64,000 nt of DNA from a virus, in the IMG/VR virus record IMGVR_UViG_3300020122_000155, positions 41,066 through 105,065 of that record, one strand, 5' to 3'. Below the pieces are notes generated by a model. The model saw only the letters and a list, made by a program, of their open reading frames with translations. It did no database searches and was not told the origin of the DNA. The position numbers were made by a program, and so were the translations under genes. Of the stretch, positions 8,810 through 16,251 are shown piece after piece; within the stretch, counting starts at the first letter, position 1, and the number at the start of each line of letters is the position of its first letter.

Positions 8810-9235
8810 ATGACGTAGGTGCAAGGTTCGCCAAACGAGCAGTACGTTTACATTTTTGTCCGCCAGGACATTTCCCTTCCTCAGCAGATCGTCCAATCCA
8901 ACCACGCAACGCTTTCCTTTTCTTCCCATCATGGCGTGGAGGGAATCCCAAACATTGTTCTTATCGGAGTCCCCAACGTTGCCGCACTGAAAGAGGCGTG
9001 CGCGTTGCTGTCGGCCAACCAGATTCCGCACTGGAGTTGGACTGAGCCGGATTTCAACCTGGGATTCACAGCCATTTGCACAGCCGCGATTAGCGGATCG
9101 GAGCGCCTATGTCTGGCGCACTACCGCACGTGGAAACCAGTTTTTCCCTCGTCAGCTAACTGCAAGCTGGCAGTCTCTAACACTGCTCATGCTGGGGCGG
9201 GTCCAGCCGAGGGAACCAATGCCGCTGTAGCTTAA
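8810..9235 (+). CDS. Pth2-fold (peptidyl-tRNA hydrolase II / PTRHD1-like) protein; in-frame TAG at codon 3 if started at ATG 8810, otherwise GTG 8819
   Basis: YIFVRQDI....QIVQS.HA, NIVLIGV, W.EPD....TAIC match the phage Pth2-like pattern; the last ~30 codons overlap the tRNA-like genes. Confidence 0.8.
9145..9218 (+). tRNA. non-canonical amber-suppressor-type tRNA (anticodon CUA)
   Basis: Acceptor TCCCTCG/CGAGGGA + A + CCA; D stem AGCT/AGCT; anticodon stem GCAGT/ACTGC with loop CT-CTA-AC; T stem GCTGG/CCAGC. Confidence 0.8.
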
Positions 9236-9290
9236 AGCAGAGCGCTCGCGCAAGCGATAGATGGAGGGTCGCGTCCTTCCAGCGGCACCA
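9221..9290 (+). ncRNA. tRNA-like RNA with a GCAA tetraloop in place of the anticodon loop
   Basis: Acceptor GCCGCTG/CAGCGGC + ACCA; D stem GCTT/GAGC; TCGC-GCAA-GCGA; T stem GGAGG/CCTTC. Confidence 0.75.
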
Positions 9291-9294
9291 GAAT

Positions 9295-9378
9295 GCTTCG
9301 GTAGCTTAAATGCTAGAGCGACCGGCGATCCTCACGGGTTGTCGGTAGATGGTGGTGAAAGGCCATCCCGGAGCACCA
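9295..9378 (+). ncRNA. tRNA-like RNA with an 11-bp anticodon-position arm and 4-nt loop
   Basis: Acceptor GCTTCGG/CCGGAGC + ACCA; D stem GCTT/GAGC; ACCGGCGATCC-TCAC-GGGTTGTCGGT; T stem GGTGG/CCATC; T-run follows. Confidence 0.75.
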
Positions 9379-9389
9379 TCATTTTTTTC

Positions 9390-9417
9390 TTGCAAATATT
9401 CTGGATCTGGTTATACT
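9390..9417 (+). promoter_or_regulatory. sigma70-like promoter of the Hfq-like/replication operon
   Basis: TTGCAA-16-TATACT. Confidence 0.6.
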
Positions 9418-9444
9418 TTTTACTATCCCGCAAGGATAATTTTA

Positions 9445-9498
9445 GCGATAGCCGCCAGCCTTGATCTGGCGGCATATCGCCAGCCTATCAAGGAGGCT
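9445..9498 (+). promoter_or_regulatory. 5' leader: two hairpins with complementary loops covering the RBS
   Basis: 14-bp stem with loop CCTTGAT; 5-bp stem with loop ATCAAGG; SD AAGGAGG lies inside hairpin 2. Confidence 0.6.
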
Positions 9499-9500
9499 TT

Positions 9501-9770
9501 TTGAACCAGCCGCTAAGAGCGCCTTTAGCATCTCCACCGCAGGCGCAACAAAAACCACCTGTCCCAATAAAGCCAAAGCCCAACGATCCCTTTCGAGAGC
9601 AGCTATCTCGTTTCAAGAAAAAGTTTGTTAGGGTCGTTACCACAGAGGGCAAATTTGAGGGTAAATTGATCTGCTTTGATTACGGATCTAAGGCCCTCGT
9701 GATCGAATCCGGCGACAGCCCGATACTGCTTTCCCACTACCATTCCATCGTGATAATCGATGGCCAATAA
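9501..9770 (+). CDS. Hfq/Sm-like RNA-binding protein
   Basis: DPFREQLSRFKKKFVRVVTTEGKFEGKLICFD parallels the Hfq helix plus Sm1 (DPFL..L.....V.....G.KL.G.I..FD); TTG start with AAGGAGG. Confidence 0.6.
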   Translation: MNQPLRAPLASPPQAQQKPPVPIKPKPNDPFREQLSRFKKKFVRVVTTEGKFEGKLICFDYGSKALVIESGDSPILLSHYHSIVIIDGQ

Positions 9771-10588
9771 TGAAGCGGCCCTGGATGCAATTGTACACTA
9801 GGGACTGGCTCGACAGCACGGAATTGAGGCGCTGTTCACCATTGGCTCGCTCCGTTTTAACGGACCTAATGTGCATCGCCCATGAGGGCGTCCCTTATGG
9901 GCATTTGACCGACAAAATCGGTCCATTAACGGACGAGTTTATGTCTTCGCGGTGCGTCGTACCGCTTCCGACATTCAGAAAAGCAATTCTGGAACTGCAA
10001 CAAGCAGAAAGACTTCACAAAGACGATAGCGGCGTCATGTTCATCAAGAGGATGGTCTTGGACGAGGACGTAAGGGTACGTAGGGCGGCTGGCGGCAAAG
10101 AAAGCATAGGCCACCCAAATACACACCCTCCAAAGACAAAAGAAGGGTACCCTTCTTTTGGAAATGACTCACGCGGGCGCGCGCCCGCTGACTCTGAATC
10201 TGTAAGTGAAGGTTTTATAAAATCAGAAAATCAGGAAGCGAAAACGGAACTCGTTTTGGCGAACGAGATCGATATGGTTTTGTTCGAGGAGTTGCTCGGT
10301 CTTTTTGTGGCGCTCGGTCGCGGGTTGACCATCGGCGACAAGATGCGATGCCAGAACGAGTGGTTCGCGCTGCAATCCGCCGAGCGGAAATTGGCACACA
10401 AATTCGCGATGCAGAACCTCGCCGACTGGCAAAGCCGGGAAACCAGCAAAATTGCCCAACCGTGGAACTATTTGCGCGAGCGCCATTGGGAGCGGGCGGC
10501 TCCGAGGATACTTGAGCGCACCCGACCGCCGACAAAAGCGCAGGAAGCGCACGAGCGGGCAGCTAGGGCATTCAGGGAGGGCACGTGA
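9770..10588 (+). CDS. phage replication initiator / replisome organizer
   Basis: KRPWMQLY.RDWL...LRRCS..AR....DLMC.AH...PYG.L and ..RMV.DE N-terminal domain. Confidence 0.75.
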   Translation: MKRPWMQLYTRDWLDSTELRRCSPLARSVLTDLMCIAHEGVPYGHLTDKIGPLTDEFMSSRCVVPLPTFRKAILELQQAERLHKDDSGVMFIKRMVLDEDVRVRRAAGGKESIGHPNTHPPKTKEGYPSFGNDSRGRAPADSESVSEGFIKSENQEAKTELVLANEIDMVLFEELLGLFVALGRGLTIGDKMRCQNEWFALQSAERKLAHKFAMQNLADWQSRETSKIAQPWNYLRERHWERAAPRILERTRPPTKAQEAHERAARAFREGT

Positions 10589-11103
10589 GAGACAAAATTA
10601 TCGATGGCGTCCGGGCGATGAGTTGTATCCCGTACTTCCCGCGCGATGAACATGCGCAGAGATCGATCATGGAGCAAGTTGCCCGGTTCGTGGATCGTCC
10701 AGAACGGATGGAATGGCTGACGGCGGCGGCGATTAGCGCTATGCGCGAGTGGAGCGGGGTCGCGGATTTGCGCGGCCTGTACTGTACGCGGTTCAAGCCA
10801 GCGGACGGGCATGAGGCTGACTGCCGATTGCCGGGATTCACCGCCGACGACAACGAAGCTGCGTACATCGAAGCGAAAAGCCGAGAAACCGAGCGGAAGA
10901 TGGTCGAATTTGGCGGCTTCGCGCACAGGCAAATCGAGGGGACCGTGATCGACGTTAGCGTGGCGATCAAGCCGATTGACCCTCCGCCGCGACCACGGAA
11001 AACCGTGAACCCGGTTACGATTCCGGCAACGCCAAAGCGCACGCCGGAGGAACATGAGGCCGAAGTGAAGCGGCTGGCGCAGGCGATAGGGATGGCGCTG
11101 TGA
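10585..11103 (+). CDS. hypothetical protein (possible helicase loader by position)
   Basis: GTGA overlap directly after the initiator; GGGAGG RBS. Confidence 0.6.
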   Translation: MRDKIIDGVRAMSCIPYFPRDEHAQRSIMEQVARFVDRPERMEWLTAAAISAMREWSGVADLRGLYCTRFKPADGHEADCRLPGFTADDNEAAYIEAKSRETERKMVEFGGFAHRQIEGTVIDVSVAIKPIDPPPRPRKTVNPVTIPATPKRTPEEHEAEVKRLAQAIGMAL

Positions 11104-11324
11104 AAAAGCTGGCGTGTTTGCTCGGATTCCACGACCACGAGATAACCAGAAAGTTCTTTTGGGGCAACGTTCATCGTGCGGAATTGCATTGCAAAAACTG
11201 TGGGAAACGGTTCGAGGGTATGGCCTGCGACGGGATCAACGTTGGCTATGTCGTTGCGGCTCCTTGCCCGTCCGATATTTGGCTGGCGTATGATCAGGGG
11301 CATTTTCGGGACGGTGGCGCATGA
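11100..11324 (+). CDS. small Cys/His protein (DUF1660-like)
   Basis: KKLACLLGFHD...CKNCG. Confidence 0.55.
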   Translation: MKKLACLLGFHDHEITRKFFWGNVHRAELHCKNCGKRFEGMACDGINVGYVVAAPCPSDIWLAYDQGHFRDGGA

Positions 11325-11626
11325 CGTTCACTGAAACCGCAGCCGCCATGCGCCGATTGGCAGACGGCATCGACAAAATCGTGAAGCAACAAGGACACGA
11401 CGCGGAAACAGGCAAGCCGAAGCCGATGCTCGACGGTGAAGCTGGAGTTGGCGGAGCGGCGCTGCTTTGCTACCTGCGGGATTGTGTGACGACGGCGGGA
11501 CGTGATTCGTGGGACCGGCCAACGTTGCTGGTTTTGCTGGAGACGATCAGCCGGGATGCGGAGATTTTTCCTTGTGGCGTTGGTGCAACGATGTGGGCGG
11601 CGGAGGACGAAGATGCCGAAGTTTAA
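11321..11626 (+). CDS. hypothetical protein
   Basis: ATGA overlap. Confidence 0.55.
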   Translation: MTFTETAAAMRRLADGIDKIVKQQGHDAETGKPKPMLDGEAGVGGAALLCYLRDCVTTAGRDSWDRPTLLVLLETISRDAEIFPCGVGATMWAAEDEDAEV

Positions 11627-11798
11627 GACTTGCAAAAACTGTGGATCGGCTGAGGATGTCGGAATCTTCGTTCGCAACTGTCCAGGATGCGGCGCGAAGT
11701 ATGAGCCGGATGAATGCACCTGTGGCCTTCACCTTGGAGAAAAACTAAAGCCGTATGTGGTGCCGACGATGGAAGAGATTCTGCGGGAGAAAAAGTGA
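11613..11798 (+). CDS. small zinc-ribbon protein
   Basis: CKNC...CPGC...CTC; GGAGG RBS. Confidence 0.55.
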   Translation: MPKFKTCKNCGSAEDVGIFVRNCPGCGAKYEPDECTCGLHLGEKLKPYVVPTMEEILREKK

Positions 11799-12772
11799 AC
11801 GAAGAACAAGAACTAGCCGGACTACTTGAGCAGCACAATAATCAGCCGCCGCGACCGAGCAACGTCGAGCTAGCGTCATCGCCGCCGATGCGAACCGGAA
11901 CCGATGTCGATTTCGCCCAGTGGCAGATTCTTTCGAACGGGAAGTATCGGCCAGGAGCAAAGACGCGAGAGAAGCTGCCTGCCGCCGTCTACCGCGCCGG
12001 TCAGGACGATTTCGGCCCGTTCCTGGAGCTAATCAGCCTTGTCTCTGACGACTTCGTAGAGCTTCCAGAACCGGCGCATATTCGCGTACTCGACGGCATT
12101 CGAAAGTTCTGGCGGTCGCGTGAGCGTTACGAAAAACATGGCCTGTTGTATAAGCGCGGCGTGCTTTTGTGGGGACCTCCAGGAGCCGGGAAAACGGTGT
12201 GCATTCACCTGCTGATGGCGGAGATCGTCAACAAGCATGACGGCATTGTTCTGCTGGCTGACAATCCCGATTTGACGGTGGCCGTCCTGCGATTCTTCCG
12301 CCGCATCGAGCCGACGCGCCCGTTGATTGTTGTGTTCGAGGACGTGGACGAAACCGTGAACCGATTCGGCGAACACTCCCTGCTTGCGGTACTCGATGGA
12401 GAACACCAAACGTCGAACATCGTCTATCTGGCGTCAACCAATTACCCGGAGCGCCTTGGTGCGCGGATCGTCAACCGTCCTTCGCGCTTCGATGAACGAA
12501 TCAAGATCGGTATGCCGTCGAGCGCAGCGCGGATGGGGTATCTCAAAAAAGCGATAGGGACCGGCGATGTGAATGTCGAAAAATGGTGCTTAGAGACGGA
12601 CGGAATGAGTATCGCGCATCTTCGCGAGCTTGTGGTTGCGGTGCTCTGCTTGGAGCAGGATTATGAGACTGTTCTTGCTCGGCTGAAGGCGATGGAAATC
12701 ATGCCAAAACCGGAGGATGGATTCAAACACGCGAAGTTTGGACTCGAAAACGCAATGCGTGGTTTACGATGA
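11795..12772 (+). CDS. AAA+ ATPase
   Basis: YKRGVLLWGPPGAGKT (Walker A), VVFEDVD (Walker B), STNYPE, RPSRFD; GTG start. Confidence 0.9.
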   Translation: MNEEQELAGLLEQHNNQPPRPSNVELASSPPMRTGTDVDFAQWQILSNGKYRPGAKTREKLPAAVYRAGQDDFGPFLELISLVSDDFVELPEPAHIRVLDGIRKFWRSRERYEKHGLLYKRGVLLWGPPGAGKTVCIHLLMAEIVNKHDGIVLLADNPDLTVAVLRFFRRIEPTRPLIVVFEDVDETVNRFGEHSLLAVLDGEHQTSNIVYLASTNYPERLGARIVNRPSRFDERIKIGMPSSAARMGYLKKAIGTGDVNVEKWCLETDGMSIAHLRELVVAVLCLEQDYETVLARLKAMEIMPKPEDGFKHAKFGLENAMRGLR

Positions 12773-13935
12773 ACGAAGCCGACTTGAAGATAATCGCCGA
12801 GCGCGAGGAGCGCGAAAAGACGCCGTGGATGTGGTGGCACTGGCAGAACCTCAACGACAAAAAGGGCGGCGGTCAAGGCTCTGGTTTGCGCCACGGTCGA
12901 TGCTGGTGGCACTTCCGCACGAAGAGTCGCAGGCCAGGGCCAACAATCCAGTTCTCTTGGAATCTGTGGTCGCATTTTTGCGGCATCGGAGTTGACTGGG
13001 ACGACGAGGATTTGACGTTCAGCGCCGCGTTCCCGCCGTTCGCGTTCTGGCTGTCGCTAAGCACAAATTTCGCGTGGATAGACAAGATCCTGCCGCACAA
13101 GGTTCTGTCGCCAAACTACCCGGACACCATCGTTGTCGATAAGCGCGAGATCGCGATAAAGATCCACAACGGCTGCGTCTGGATTCATCCATATTCGAAG
13201 TCGATGGAGTGGGTGAAGGCCGATCCGTGGTGGGTGCGTGGGGTCAGCTTCAGCATCAATCCGTTCGAAGCAAAACATCAGCGCCATGAAGTCCGGCGCG
13301 CCGATGGTTCTTGGGTGCCTTACGTCGGATCGTGGGAAGTTGGGCCGAGTCGCGGAGAGGGAATCGGCGGGCAGTTAGGTGGGAAGGAACCGGACGGACG
13401 CGAAGAGTTCAAGTATCCGTACACCTACGTTCGCAAAAACGGGGAGGTTCAGCAGCGAACGGCTACGGTGTTTGTTGACCGGCGTGCATGGCGTCCACGG
13501 TGCCTTCAGTGGACTTCGCTATTCGAGGATCAGCGCCAGTGCATCGACGTTTCCTTTGACGACGAAGTGGGCGAGCGCAGCGGATCGTGGAAGGGTGGCG
13601 CGGTCGGGTGCGGCTACGAGATGCTTCGCGGCGAGACGGCGGAAGAGTGCTTACGGCGCATGGAGCGCGAGAGGAAATTCTTGATGCGGTACATCGTAAT
13701 CTTTCAGCAGGTAGTCGGGAATTGGGAAATCTGCTACTCGTGGGACGGCGAGAAGTTCACGAACTACATCGATGCGAGGAGCCACGGATTTGAAACGCGC
13801 GGTTCGGATGATTTCAATATCGGAGTTTTGAAAAACGGACGCCTGATTTCATTTCGGTGGATGGATGAGGTTCTCGACTTTCCACTTTGCGAGATCGCGT
13901 TGCACATCGGACTGAAAGCGAACAAGGCAGCGTGA
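12769..13935 (+). CDS. Trp-rich phage hypothetical protein (possibly two fused genes)
   Basis: F..EVGERSGSWKGG motif; internal RBS and ATG at 13684. Confidence 0.7.
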   Translation: MNEADLKIIAEREEREKTPWMWWHWQNLNDKKGGGQGSGLRHGRCWWHFRTKSRRPGPTIQFSWNLWSHFCGIGVDWDDEDLTFSAAFPPFAFWLSLSTNFAWIDKILPHKVLSPNYPDTIVVDKREIAIKIHNGCVWIHPYSKSMEWVKADPWWVRGVSFSINPFEAKHQRHEVRRADGSWVPYVGSWEVGPSRGEGIGGQLGGKEPDGREEFKYPYTYVRKNGEVQQRTATVFVDRRAWRPRCLQWTSLFEDQRQCIDVSFDDEVGERSGSWKGGAVGCGYEMLRGETAEECLRRMERERKFLMRYIVIFQQVVGNWEICYSWDGEKFTNYIDARSHGFETRGSDDFNIGVLKNGRLISFRWMDEVLDFPLCEIALHIGLKANKAA

Positions 13936-14174
13936 GATTCTTCGCCGACAACGCGGACTACAGGAGGGCCTTAGCTATGGTCGATAGATCGCACTCATTC
14001 CCGCCAAAAGACGCTCCGACCTGCATTTTGTGCGGAGACATTGGGCTCAACGACCACGCGGGAACATGGAAGTTTTGTCTCTGTGAAGCCGGTCAGGAAC
14101 TACTCAAGGGCGATCCTGAAGCGGCGGCGCGCGCACAAGAGAAGTTAGACAGACTGGAGGGTTTGGTGAGATGA
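13932..14174 (+). CDS. hypothetical zinc-binding protein
   Basis: GTGA overlap; CILCGD.G...FCLC. Confidence 0.55.
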   Translation: MRFFADNADYRRALAMVDRSHSFPPKDAPTCILCGDIGLNDHAGTWKFCLCEAGQELLKGDPEAAARAQEKLDRLEGLVR

Positions 14175-14353
14175 CACAAGAAGCAGAAGTGGTTTTGATG
14201 ATTCGTGGATCGATTTCGACGCTCGACCCGGAGATGCAATCGCGCGTTCAGGACGCCTACAGCGCGATCATGCAATTGTCCGTGACGTATGGGCCTGAAG
14301 CGGCTGGCTTCGCAATCGCGCTGCGTGGCGCAGAAATGGCGGCAGCGGAATGA
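14171..14353 (+). CDS. hypothetical protein
   Basis: ATGA overlap; GGAGG upstream. Confidence 0.55.
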   Translation: MTQEAEVVLMIRGSISTLDPEMQSRVQDAYSAIMQLSVTYGPEAAGFAIALRGAEMAAAE

Positions 14354-14814
14354 AGTGTCAGGTTGCTTGGAAGTTCACGCGAGATGCCAATTGGGACGCA
14401 AAAATTCCCGTTGAGGGATGCGGACAAACCGCCACGCATCGGGCAATTTCAACGAACGGATCGGTGTTGAATATCGTGCAAGTCTGCGAGGAATGCGCGA
14501 TGCTGGCTGCGCCACTGAAGTATAAAACTGACCATTTTCAAGGCATGAAGGCCGGAGATCCGCTGTGGGCGATATTCCCGCCAATCCCTGATCCGACACG
14601 ATATAGCTGGCGACCAATCGCCGAAATGCATGAAGACTACGGGCCGTGCGTGGTGATCGACATTCGAGATCCCGGACGCCTAGCCATAGGCCACGTCTGC
14701 GACGTAGAGCGCGACTGGGAGGAGTGGGCGACCCATTTCACGCGAATAACGCCGCTCAGCAATGAAGAGGGCGAAGCGATGCTGGCCGAGCTAGAGAAGG
14801 AAACTCCGGCATGA
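14350..14814 (+). CDS. hypothetical protein
   Basis: Overlaps at both ends; WRPI.. motif. Confidence 0.6.
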   Translation: MKCQVAWKFTRDANWDAKIPVEGCGQTATHRAISTNGSVLNIVQVCEECAMLAAPLKYKTDHFQGMKAGDPLWAIFPPIPDPTRYSWRPIAEMHEDYGPCVVIDIRDPGRLAIGHVCDVERDWEEWATHFTRITPLSNEEGEAMLAELEKETPA

Positions 14815-15176
14815 ACGCCTTGCACGAATACACCACCACCGAAGTCTCCGCCGCGATTGGCCTTACTCCGCGCCAACTCCAATGGCTCGACGAAAGATCC
14901 ATCATCCAGCCGCGCCACATCGGGCACAAGCGCTACTACTCGACGCAGGAGGTCCGCGAAGCACGGTTAGTCGCAGAGCTTCGGAAGAAGGGCCTTTCGC
15001 TGCAAAAGTGTCGTGGCATCGTCAAACAGGTGCGGAATCGGTTGACGCACCCGGACATGTACGTCGTGACGGACGGCAAAAACGCCTTCGTTGACACGGA
15101 TTCAAAGCGCATTGTGAACATTTTCAAGGGCTCGAAGATCCCAATGCTGCTGGTTTTCTTGCCGGGGACCAAATGA
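14811..15176 (+). CDS. MerR-family HTH transcriptional regulator
   Basis: YTTTEV....GLTPRQLQWLDER.II.P...GHKRYYS..EV...ELRKKGLSLQ. Confidence 0.85.
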   Translation: MNALHEYTTTEVSAAIGLTPRQLQWLDERSIIQPRHIGHKRYYSTQEVREARLVAELRKKGLSLQKCRGIVKQVRNRLTHPDMYVVTDGKNAFVDTDSKRIVNIFKGSKIPMLLVFLPGTK

Positions 15177-15541
15177 CGCCAGAACAGAAGGAAATTCAAC
15201 GGCTGAGGAAGGGATGCCTAGCGGCCTATGTGCGCTCCGGGCATTTGGTGGGCACCGATGCAGAGTGGATGCTGGACAACTGGCTGGCGCTCGCGGAAGG
15301 GCGTATGCCGCCGCGTCCAGGTTGGCCCTTGGTAAGCCCCAAGGGTAGCATCCAGGCGCAAAATAACCTTTTGGACCGTCCGCGCCGAATCCCGAGCCGG
15401 GATGCTCGCGCGCGCCGCCGCCGCGAAATGCTGGAGAATAGCAGGTCAATCGTAAACAGAGACAATATGCGATCTTTTTGGGCGAGCTTATCGCCAGAGG
15501 ATCGGGCGAGGGAAGTAAATCGGAGAGTGGGCAGGGCATGA
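15173..15541 (+). CDS. hypothetical basic protein
   Basis: ATGA overlaps at both ends. Confidence 0.55.
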   Translation: MTPEQKEIQRLRKGCLAAYVRSGHLVGTDAEWMLDNWLALAEGRMPPRPGWPLVSPKGSIQAQNNLLDRPRRIPSRDARARRRREMLENSRSIVNRDNMRSFWASLSPEDRAREVNRRVGRA

Positions 15542-16251
15542 GCGAACCGCGCGAAAGGCCGATCCTTTTTTCTTCGCCGATGGTCCGCGCTATTCTATCC
15601 GGCGCTAAAGTTCAGACACGCCGGATCGTCAAGCCGCAGCCGGTGCGAGACCACGAATACCTTGGTGGGTGGGCGATCAAGACGAAGCGCAATGACGTGT
15701 CAGTCGCTAGTATCAACCAGGGCATCTATCCCGAAGCGTGCCCATACGGAAAAGTGGGAGATAAACTTTGGGTCCGAGAGGGGCTTCACCGGCCAGATGG
15801 AGATCCTTGGCTGTATCGCGCCGACGACTTGCCCGTGATGGTTGACAAGGCGGAAGAAACCGCGATGCTCGTTTGGGCGCACCACAAAGAGCAAGACTAT
15901 TGTCCCGGTATTCACGCGCCGCGTTGGGCCTCGCGCATCACGCTTGAAATAAGCGGCGTCCGCATCGAGCAATTGAATTGCATCACCGAAGCTGACGCAC
16001 TCGCCGAAGGCATCCATCGATTCAAATTGCCGAACGGAAATGTGTATGGATACGATCCGAATGGGACGCCAGGAAAGATGGTCATGGATTCGGCTACCGA
16101 CGCCTACGCCGCGCTCTGGGAGAAGATCAACGGAGCCGGTTCATGGAAGAACAACCCCTTTGTCTGGGTGGTTTCATTCAAACGAATTAAATGCTACGTC
16201 GAACCCGCGTTAAGCGCAAACGCACAAAGCCGCGCCGAGGGAGAATCGTAG
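15538..16251 (+). CDS. ASCH/PUA-like phage protein
   Basis: ERPILFS.PMVRAIL.G.K.QTRR, CPYG..GD.LWVRE, PRWASRITLEI..VR.E.L..I...DA.AEG, W..NP.VWVV.F. Confidence 0.8.
   Translation: MSEPRERPILFSSPMVRAILSGAKVQTRRIVKPQPVRDHEYLGGWAIKTKRNDVSVASINQGIYPEACPYGKVGDKLWVREGLHRPDGDPWLYRADDLPVMVDKAEETAMLVWAHHKEQDYCPGIHAPRWASRITLEISGVRIEQLNCITEADALAEGIHRFKLPNGNVYGYDPNGTPGKMVMDSATDAYAALWEKINGAGSWKNNPFVWVVSFKRIKCYVEPALSANAQSRAEGES

Noticed and set aside
9145-9218. Pyrrolysine system
   Set aside because: No pylS or pylBCD in the window; the discriminator is A and the variable loop is 4 nt, unlike tRNA-Pyl.
9261-9464. 67-aa ORF over the tRNA-like RNAs
   Set aside because: It overlaps structured RNAs and a promoter and has no RBS; likely spurious.
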